Origin: Trichoplax adhaerens | Taxonomy: Eukaryota > Animalia > Placozoa | NCBI RefSeq assembly: GCF_000150275.1 | Contig: NW_002060961.1 | Span: 310,001-374,000, forward strand | Direction: 5' to 3' | Length of the DNA stretch: 64,000 bases | Part shown: positions 1 through 11,039 of the stretch, in pieces | Position numbering within the stretch: the first letter of the stretch is position 1 | Layout: every line of letters starts with the position of its first letter | Made by a program: the position numbers and the translations under genes | Notes under the pieces: generated by a model | Database searches by the model: none | The model's input: only the letters and a program-made list of their open reading frames with translations | What the model was told of the DNA's origin: nothing

Positions 1-687
1 AATGTAGTTGACAATAATCATGACATTTAAACGCAATTACGATAGGAAAGAGCAAACGACCTGAAAATTTTAATGGAAATGATGAAGTTGCCTTCATAAG
101 TCTACCTCCTACTACAAATATATAGTTTATCATCAATATAATTATTAATAATTCATACCGATATACTCGACAGTAGTATCTGTAGTTCAAGTATTTAAAT
201 CAAAGTAAGTAAGTAATCTACTTTTAAATGCTACTTCGTATTTAGTAATTACTTATATAGCACGTTCTATCTGTCATATGAACAAGTTAGAATATCAATA
301 AGAAAGTTGATTTGCATAAGGCAATTTTTATGCTCATTAATCAAAAATTCCCGGATATTGTGCTCTATGTCAGCCAATTTTCAAGCCTTATGTTTTTAGC
401 ACCTATCATTAAAACTATTTCAGAAACAAACGTGATATGGTACAACTAAAGTGAGTAATGCTCAATTATTACAGCTATTCTGAAACAGTTCTTTAAAATT
501 CAGCTATTAAAAAATTACAGCAGAGTACATTAATGTAAATTGGTATTGATTAGTAACCCAAGCATCAACGCCTGTCTTATTAATTATATTATAGGATAAA
601 TTCAACAATGTTGAAGACGATAGAAGCTATCTATCTTTTGTTGCTTCTTTCGACCATTTTCGCTTATATGCTTACCAACAATTCAAT

Positions 688-2454
688 CTAGAATTGAATA
701 AACTTGTGAGAGCAACATATTAAACGAAAAATATTTTCCCATTCATTGACTGTTTTCCGTGAAGCAATCCAAAATGAGACAACAATACCGCGTAATAGTT
801 GAGCTAATAATTTAACAGCAAGCACTGAGATATGAACGTCAGAATGTATATTTTGCCTTTTCTCACATGGAAATTGGTTAAATCGTGATTGATTTCTATG
901 CAAAGGTTGCCAATAAGGTCCTTGAGTGTACTCATAGCAATAGCAGCCTATTATGATAGATGCTAATAGCCAATAAAAGATAAAGAACGTTAAAACACGG
1001 CCACGAAAGCGACTTAATTTTACCATTGAGGCTTTCGCTGCGGTGTTTTGTGCTAATTGAGCTTTTATTTTTCTAGTGCTGACATAAAACACTATCATAA
1101 ATACGGAGGCAAGTAATAAGCAAAGAGAATGAGGTAAAATGACAAAGCCAATCAAGTAGAACCCTTTCTGTGTGGCTAGATGGCTACTAATATAGCATAA
1201 TCCAGTTAGTTCATCGGCACTAACTTTTTTCCAAAGAATTATGACGGCAACCGGCACTGCAGGTATAATCCAGCTTAATGTATGGTAATAGACAGCATAG
1301 CCAGTTATTATTTCAGAACACCATTTTTTCTTGGCTGATAAGTACCATAATAACGTTAAGACTACTAACCAAATTGAAGCGACTAAGTCGAAATAGTATA
1401 ACATAATAAATATAACTGTGCAAGGCACATGGCTAACTGATTCGACGATTAAAAAATGATTCTTAGTAGAGTTAATAGGGGTACCAGGATAGCTACACTT
1501 CAGCGGATCTGAGTTAAGGTAATCTGGACAGAAAAATTGACAAAGCGTATCGTTGATAGGATTACGAATCGATGAATTTGTCATTTTAGTAAGAATTCTA
1601 TTGCTAGAGTCGAGTTTTCCACACGCTACCGTTTCATAGCGTAAGAATACACGTAAAAGATGGACTAAAGCATAGATATTGTAACATATTGACATAAATA
1701 TGAGGATTCGTTCTGGATATTGAAAACGTTGTGGTCGAATAGCAGCGGTTAAAATTGCTATCAACGTAAAGGAGAACGTTAACGCCGATAACAGAGCCAT
1801 ATAAGTATTCATCCTTTTCTTTTCTTTACTAGTAAATAATCCCTCACCACAACAGCGTAATCGGCAAGTCTGACTTTTACTATCGTAGCTATAATGCTTA
1901 CATCGATCGCAAATTTCACGACTTGCTTCATGCACTATATCCGTAGAAGATTTTGTCGATAACGTAACAGCATTGTGGACGGTGTTTGTAGAAATTGGCT
2001 TGCTATCCGTTGTAATAGGAGGCGGAAAGCAAATGTATCCTTTCTTATTCTGGAGATACAGAGAGCAATTGAAACGAGGATTTCGAGGTAAAGAATTCCA
2101 TATATCACAATCGCTTTTAGCTTTAATACATAACTCGCGACAAGGTTTAACTTCATAATTTTGGTAGCCATAGTGTTGATAACATAGCGGTAGGTAAGAC
2201 AGGCAAAGAAAAGCTCGAGCAAGTCGACATCGATTTTCATTTTGATGTATGATATGATGAGCGATTTGGAAAATTTCGTCACTTAGTTGATTTTGAGTTA
2301 TATTATCGGGTAAAGTAGTTAAATTATAATAGTTTAAGTCTTGGCAAAATTTAACTTGAACCTTTTGACATTTAACTTCGCCATAACATAATGACCACAA
2401 CAAGACTACACTGATCGTAAATAGGATCTTTAGGATCTTAATTTGAGCAGACAT
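688..2454 (-). CDS. FZD4: Frizzled (class F GPCR), FZD4/9/10-like, intronless, 588 aa
   Basis: Signal peptide; CRD with all 10 cysteines; 7 TM segments; [25 protein letters not shown] matches FZD4 [33 protein letters not shown] in ECL2; C-terminal KTxxxW Dishevelled motif (KTVNEW, 739-756). The subfamily call is less certain than the family call. Confidence 0.93.
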   Translation of the reverse strand: [588 protein letters not shown]

Positions 2455-5400
2455 GACGGGTTAATAATTTGCCATGAAAACATAAACAGTCATGATATAA
2501 CTTACGAGGAAATTGCTAGATCCGGCTAAACTAGAATTTCCATTTCAAGAATAGACTATTTTATCAACTTCTTATAGTCTGCTTCTGGTTAATAACTCTA
2601 TCTACACTTAAATTTTTCTCACTTTACTTGACTGATATCATTTACAAGAAAGACTATAACAAGATAATGCTTAATTAATTATTGAACCTATTCTACAATT
2701 TTAGAGACACAATAGCTATCTTCCCCAAATCAGTCTTTTTCGTCTAAAATAAAAGTCTAGTGTCTTAAAAATTAAATTAAATAGATTACAAAGGATTCAG
2801 TCAAATCAAATTTATGCGGTAGACTTTTTAATGTCTACCAAATATAACAAAATGTTATTTGTATCCTGCATTAGCAGACAGTCTATAGCAATTTAAAGAT
2901 ATAGGAAGATAATTTTAAGATATTCAACGATAGCGGTGACTCAGAATTTTCTTTAACTAGCACAAGGAACTTATAAAATGTTTTTTTAATTACGCACCTC
3001 TTCAAAAATTGTCGACCTAAGCGAAGGCATAAGGTCATTTATACCCATAACTAACATTCTTCACCCTGCTGTGATTTTCAAACCAAATAAGATAAGGAGT
3101 TTATTTTATCAAAGATCTAAAACTACAATGCAAATACCGCTATCCAACTATAGCAACGATAGGAATTTTGATTGAAGGAATCACAGTTTACGAAGCAGTA
3201 TGTGTAAGTGTTAGTAATGCAGCTGAATTATGGAATTTGATTGTTACTGTATGGATTCAATTTGAATAAATTGTAGGTATAAATAAGTGCTATTATTTAT
3301 TTAACGTCAACTGCCCTAACTCTATAATTTGGTAATATGGTAAGAAATTGAGTAGAATATAAAATAGTTTTATAATTTATTTTACTTGAATATCTCCTTG
3401 CTACGCTTTCCTTGATCTTGAATGTATATTAGAAAGATTTCAGAGCATCACAAGTACCGACAATGATATTGCTACCTGATATAAATGAATACGACTTTCT
3501 TCTGCAGTTCGCCGTCTAGCCCCCTGCAGGTAATTATATTATTTTCGCCACTAGTATTTCCAATCTGTATATATAGTCAGCATTGTATTTTACTAGCCAC
3601 CATAATTATTCTACTTGTATAGTGATTCTGTAAAGTACTTTTGATCACCTGAGGAGATATCAATGAGAATGAGGGTAACTGTCTGCCTTTTCTTTATAGA
3701 TTGTAAAAGTAGTTAGCGTTGTATGAGCTACGACTTAAAATTGAATAAATAATTTAATCCTTATGTCATGGAAACTTAGTATAAGTGTTAGACGCTTCTA
3801 TGAATCATGCCTGATTGTAACGGAGTATCCAAGTAAGAATGCAAAGTATAGATTTTCTACTTTAATACACATATCAGAGCCCGTTTTTATTATACTGTAT
3901 ACTACTCCATGGCTTTTAAAATAATGGTAATTTATGCATTATCCAATTTTATCTCTTTAATCAGATTTGCTGTTACCATTTTGGACTCTATACTTACACA
4001 CTAACAACTGCGACAGAACCAATTCGGAAAGTAAGAGATTGTCTTGATTAAGTTCGTAATTGATTTATTTTGTCTTACTGATATTTTAGATTTGCTCAAT
4101 CTTATTTTACTACTCTAGAATTGAAGGCTGCTACCATTAACTTCGTTGGTATAAGTATAAGATAAAAAGTAAACCTAAGTTATAAATCCTGTTCGTCATG
4201 TTTTATGGCTTCGGGATAATATTTTCTATGTTGTCCGATTCTATCTTATTAATTATGACTTATACATATCATTGTTACTATTAAATCCATAAGAATACGT
4301 AAAAGCTGAGACTAATCGTAAACCTAATTCAGTAATTCTAGAGTAATATTCTTTCAGGCCGTATTCCAGTAGTCAAGTTTACGATTGCTTCTGTTGATCT
4401 CACGGCCATATCTCAAGACTTTCCATTATTACTTTAAATCCATAGCCATATGAAATAAGTTGAGACTGAATTTACGATACTTAATTGTGATCGCAATTCA
4501 TCACTTACTATAATTTCTTGAATGATATTCTATGAATTTACTTGGTAGTATTTTAATGGACCAATTCTTCGGAACGTCATTTCTAAGCTGGAGTATAATT
4601 GTGGATGCGAAAATAAGTAAGCTAAGATTAGGATTCAATTGTGCAATCACTGGCGCAATCAATCAAGTACTGAGCGTATAGTCGTTTAATGAAACACTCT
4701 ATAAAGACACTATTAGTATTATATGGTAAGAATGCATCAAGTTGTCTGATATGGATGTGATATTTCAAGAGCAAAAATTTAATTTATCAAATAGTGTTAT
4801 GGTGCACCTCCAAACTTGATATGGAACCCTAATTTATCTTGTAGATTTGCCATTATTGGCTAACAAATCAATATAAATACTATGCAAAGAAAATTCCTGA
4901 ATTTCAACGCACACAGCCGGCCAGGGCAGTGACTATTACTGAAAAATTTCTTTTCACGGATGCAGAATATCACTACGGGTGGGAGTAAACATCAAAGAAT
5001 AATCAGGAAATGTTCTGTTTCCTCAAGTCATTTACTCTTAGTAGGGTAACAGAACATTCATCCAATTTAATTAGTGCAATTAATATAGGCATATCTCACT
5101 ACTGATACTGATTCTTGTCTTGACTTTCCAAAGCACTTTAACATAATGATACTGTCATATATAGTATTTCCATCACCTGTCGTCCATGGTAACAAACTTA
5201 CAAGACAGCTCTCTTCATCGTAAATGCTAGCCATACCAGCATGATTTTATAATTATATTTTTCAAACTTTGTGCATTTTGGTCCGGTCTATTGTATATTC
5301 CTTGTAGGATTGTCAAATTCTAAGGATTGACAGTAAGAAAACATTTGGCCAATGGAACCAATTTCCCTGTATACTAGTCAGCAACTTTCTTGAAACACGT

Positions 5401-8050
5401 GTTTTTGATCGTCAATCTGAAGAGATACTATATTCAATATTTGCTTTTTGAGCTCTAGGCACATCTATCAATTTATTTACGAGTATGAATTTATCTTTCT
5501 CCAAATTAATTTAGTGATATTGAAGAAACTACTTAATCGAAAATGGCGAACAGTCAATGCGTACATTTTCTTTTCAGATTTTTTAATTAAAATAAGACCA
5601 ACATTATCCCTATACGCTATATCATGTGCTCTATCTCTAGGTACAGTAGATGAAAGTTTATGATGGCATAAAGTGATATAATTTGAAAGTTGCTTCTTTC
5701 TTATCCTTCAATATCTAAAATGCAAATTGTAGTGATGCACCCATATTTGATTATACAGATAGCCATATTTAATAATACTGTTTCTGCATCTTAGAATCCT
5801 TACAACTACTGTAAGCCACGCTTCTATTATATAACGAAGGAAGGATTATCGTGAAGCTAATATTAGATGATTGCTAACTAGTATATTAGAAATTGTTGAT
5901 GACTAATAGTAGCCAGTCGATTAATTATGGTACAAGATTTATGTAGCTAGAAGCTCTGTAGTTGTTAAGATGCCCTTCACAGAAAGGGATTAGACGTTAA
6001 TAGAAGAGTAGTATCATCTTAAGTAGAATGATTTCGATTATAGAAAATATTGATGTACTATTAGAGAAAAGTATTTTGTTTAATGACTGATGCCAGATTG
6101 TAGATTAATCAAGTTGTCATCAATGGATTTAACTTAATGTATATAAGAACTGCAGAGATGAGCTCAAGAAGAGCAAAAGACTTCACTTCGCTTTGAGCTC
6201 GGAATATTTTCGATTTTAGACTAGATTCTTGTAGTAATTAATTATTGCTCTACTATTCCTAAAACCTTGTAATAAAAGCCTTTTAGAAAATAAAATTTGA
6301 CTTCAATAGTTATTGTGAGACGCATTTATTACACACATACTTGCACTAAAAATTGCATTTGTACATCGTGGAATTTGGAAAACAGTCTATTAAAAGTAGG
6401 ACTTACAATGCTGCAATAGTCTAGTTGCATTTGGATAATCACTATCCAAAAATAGGCGCAAGACTAAATGATGAGGTTAAAGGACACGATCGTTGACATA
6501 ATTTGGCTTCACTGTACTAGATGTACTAGCCTTTATGTATACCACGCTGTAAACAATCGTATGAGCAATTCATAGCAGCTAGGTCAGTTTTACATAGTAT
6601 GGCTTACGTTGTTTTCAAAAAACCCTATTTATTAAAGGAGGTTAAAACACTTAGAAAGCAAAATTGGACAGGGTAATAATTCAAAACACATGTAATAAAG
6701 CTTTCATTTTAGTACGAGCAAATAGAGTACACATCATTTTCATAAGATTGTTAAGCTGTTTAAAAGTAGTATAGACTGCACTATCAGAAGGACATTTATT
6801 GGTATATCAATGCCGCTTAAGTTAAGGATGAAATAATGTTCCTGTTAAAGTTGGACAAATACAGAAATGGCAAATTTATATCAAACTACTCGTTCAATAT
6901 CAACAACAATGTAAAATGCTACTTGACACGGTAGAGTGGGCTACTATAGGGTAATAGTTAATTTACGAAGCTGCTGAAATAGAATAATTTTATGTATTTC
7001 TGCAGCCTATATGATGACATGATTCTGGAGATATAATATATATAATAGAACACTTATCATATCTGCATTGCGTATGGTATTATAAGTTTAGAAGTAATTT
7101 GAAAAGACGTATTGCACACATCGAATAGTACAGTAAAGCGATCACCAAAATTATGAATTCTAAATTCTTGCTATTATCGCAAAATTTTGCTTGAACATGC
7201 TCAAATTACGTATAAATAGCTATCTAATGCCATGTTAAATAGCTTATTAGTGTAATTATGAATTCAAGAACAAAAATTGGAAGATTTGCAGTATAAAATC
7301 ATACTGAATAGCTATCGTTGTTGGACGATGGCATGCAGTAGAGCGTGTAATGTGTTGATTAATATGATAGCCAAGGATCTACGAGAATGGAGTACACAAT
7401 AATTGGATCCGTATTTGGAGAAAATAATTTAATTTCACTTTAAAGAGGTACTGGCACAGAACGAAGACAGTGCATGTTCTTTAGCTGCAGGCTAGAATAA
7501 TTATCTAATTAGCTTTACAAAGTAGGCTGATAGACAGTATAATATCCTTTCTATACTGTATAAGAAGAGTGATTGAATTGGTGTTTGGAGAAAATAGTCT
7601 AACTTTTATTTTAAAAGATACTGACAAGGAAGAGAGATAGTACATGTTATAATTTTATTTTCTATAGCTCCATGGCCGAATAATTCGCTTCACCAAGTCG
7701 ACAGGCTGTCCGTAGAACATAGTACAGTTTACTACTGTACTGTATACTAGTCCATTTGCTGCACTGTCGTCCACTGAAATGCAATCCTGTACTGTAGTGT
7801 ATTGGGTCTCTTCTAGCTCTAATTCCATATGACTGTTATTGCAGTAAAAGCCTCAAGGACAAGCGAGAAAAACACAGAAATTCTCTTTTTGGACTGCCGT
7901 CCAGACGTGCGTCTGTCAGAAGACACGCTAGCACGCCTTTATTTGTACAGTATATTGACAAACTTGTTTACTGAGCTGACAATGCCAATGATTGCTATCT
8001 TATCATGATACACCTGACGGTACAACAATAGACGGAGAACGTTGCTCGAG

Positions 8051-8144
8051 TACGACTGACCGTGTACGACTGACCGTGTACGACTGACCGTGTACGACTG
8101 ACCGTGTACGACTGACCGTGTACGACTGACCGTGACGACTGACC
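8051..8144. repeat. 14-bp minisatellite (TACGACTGACCGTG)x6 plus a partial copy
   Basis: Units start at 8051, 8065, 8079, 8093, 8107 and 8121, read directly from the sequence. Confidence 0.95.
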
Positions 8145-8796
8145 TGTTGGCTTTTTGTTTCCAAGTGGATGACACAACGTTGAAGTCAGTGGTTGAAAAG
8201 TGGCAGCGGGCGCCATTGAAGAGCATCTTGTGCAACATTGATCAAACATTAACCCAGTGGAAACTTTCTGCTTGTTGAATCCATTCAACATTGCCTAACT
8301 TGTTCTCCGACTGGATTACGGTAAGTGGATCAATAGAGTAGAATGGAATAGTATTTCTCTTCATGGATTAATGGCCTGCAGAGAGCTATTGTTTCGTCTT
8401 TCATCCAATTTCAACGCGATCGTCGTTTGTCAGCCATTCTGTTGTTGGTAAGACAGTTGTAGCAGGATGTGGCCATGACTCTAACAAATAGAGCATGAAA
8501 ACACCAGACGCAGGATAATCTGATGGTCGATACTGGACGCAATGATTACTGTACGTCGAGGAAGAGTTTCCTTCTTCCTACAGTAGACAGTCAGTCAACC
8601 CGACAACTATCTCACTTTTAAGAAATCATATTCCAAAAAAATGCATGATAGTCTACGAGTTGAGACAGTCATTCCTATCTTCATTCTTTCCTACATTTCT
8701 CTGCAGAATCAGGTAGAATCTACAGTAGTACAGTATAGAAATTGACGATGTCGAGAAAGATTCACTATAGGTATATACTGTATGGCACGGTCGTGC

Positions 8797-8916
8797 AATT
8801 TTCACGTCCATTTATTTATTAATTAATTAACTGAGCTATTCTATACAGTACAGTACATACAATATGTACATATAGAATAGCTCAGTTAATTAATAAAATA
8901 AATGGACGTGAAAATT
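8797..8916. repeat. Long imperfect inverted repeat (46-49 bp arms, 25 nt loop), MITE- or hairpin-like
   Basis: 8797-8845 aattttcacgtccatttatt...actgagctattctata pairs with 8871-8916 tatagaatagctcagt...aaatggacgtgaaaatt, with one small indel. Confidence 0.85.
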
Positions 8917-11039
8917 CCACCATAGGATTACAACATGATGGCAATATTATGCTACTGTCTTGCCAGTTCTAATTTTTACAATGATGTATGTTACTTCACA
9001 TGTTTCTATCCACTAAATGTACAGCCTGAATCAGCTTCTCTATTTCTATACTGATCTGCGTATGGACCTGACTGTCAATTGACCATGGATTGATATCAAT
9101 ATCCAATCAAGTAAATGAGTCATCCACTACCTTAACATAAATGCAAGGATAGAATGGGCGATCTACTTCCTTTGACAGACGTACAGTAATGGTACTCGTG
9201 TTGACAGTGTGTCCGATATCACTTTTCCTTGCTACACTACAAACAATTGCTTCAATTCAAATTCAAAGTTAGCTATTATCGTCATGTCCGTACTCGAGCA
9301 ATTCGATATTGCTATACAGTCTACACTAGTATTAGGTATATAAAAAGCAAGAATAATTGTATGCTAGTATACTCGTATATACAGTACAGTACATACTGTA
9401 GAGCAAATCAATAAAATTGATATATAGTATTTTCATCGCCATTGTGACTGTTGTAATGGCAATTGCCTCGTTTAATCAGACTAATTACATTCAAAACTGT
9501 TTATCATAATAGACGATGCTTATCAGTGGCTCTTATTGTATCAGTGATTTGCTTTTCTTACCAACTAAATCGACATGCAATCGCCTATTACTGTATATTC
9601 ACAACCAAAATCATTTACTACATATGCTTACACCTGAACAATGCTAACTTAACGAATAGCTTTACATTGAAAGTCACTATCATAGTTAATAAGACATTTG
9701 AGTATGTTTTAATGAAACGTATATTTGTTATCCTACCCTTTGCAAACGCTTTATTCCCTCTGAATAATGCAGAATTTGGCTATCTACTATAAATTTACAA
9801 ATTGACACCTAACACATTGCTACTGGAAATGTAGCAATTGATGATAGACGTATAGCCTAGCGTTGTGCACAACACTTCTAGAATTAGTCCCAATCAACAA
9901 CGTATTGCTGGCAAAATTTGTATCAATAATGATAATCAATTCGCGATAATATGTTTATAAAATATTGCTACAGTGCCATCAACATATTAGCACTCATTTT
10001 AGAGTAATGCAGTACATATACAGTACAGTATCAGCATATCGGCAAACTACCATTAACATATTAAGGTATAGCTTCGTAATTAAAACTGAACATTGCAACG
10101 TTGACATAATACCCGTACATATGCATACTCATGCAGTACTGTATGCATTGTACCCCTATGTCTCTAGTTTCTTGACATTTGATATGCACACAACTGTAGA
10201 TATACAGTACAGTAGCTTACATTTTACCTAGATATTGAATTACTCTTTCGTACATATGGGAATTATTTGCAGCTAAACGCCTCCACTGAAAGTAACCTGT
10301 GATAATAATACTCCTATGTATATGGTACAGTATCCAGTTCTATAGCCTATACCCTTACTCTTTCGCGCATAGGAAGATTTTTGAACAACAGTTAGACACC
10401 TAGATGAGGATTGTATTCAGTTATAATCGAATAGCTGAATAGTCTACACTAGTGTACATTAATAATAGAATCTATTTTTGGAGCTTTTTGGGACTCACGA
10501 TACCGATGCTCAACTGAGTTTTACAAATTTATACCTGTGATACTTGATGACGGGCTGATAAATAAATGAGAAAGTTATCTCTGACCTGAAAGGTCTTGAC
10601 ATGCTTATCTGTTGAATATCTTTTTCCAATGTAATTACGGCTCAATCAATTATTCTACCATTATCACAAGTAATTAGTTGTGATTAATTATTGTATTTAG
10701 TATTAGAGCCAGGAGCGTCCAATAGTACCCTCACTATTGTACAAAGTTTATGACATACTGTATTATACCACCTAGAATCAGTTCGGTCACAATGAAATCA
10801 GATATAAACAGGTCACTTTTTCGATTCATGTGCGACTAGGAAATCATTTGTAACTCTATTGGTAGTAACATTAGTTGCATAATAACCAGGTAGTGATGTA
10901 CCCACCGATATTGGCAATTTTAATATCTTTAATCATTTATTTAAAACTGATGATCTATAACATTAGCATCTTTTCATATTTTACAGGGAGTAATACAAGA
11001 AATAACCACTTAAAGCTTTAACCTTAATAATACCACCAG

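Noticed and set aside
4900-5420. Possible minus-strand exon fragments upstream of the Frizzled
   Set aside because: No consistent frame or recognisable protein similarity.
7939-8291. ORFs with repeated VSRTRSVVHGQSYT peptides
   Set aside because: They are translations of the stop-free 14-bp minisatellite.
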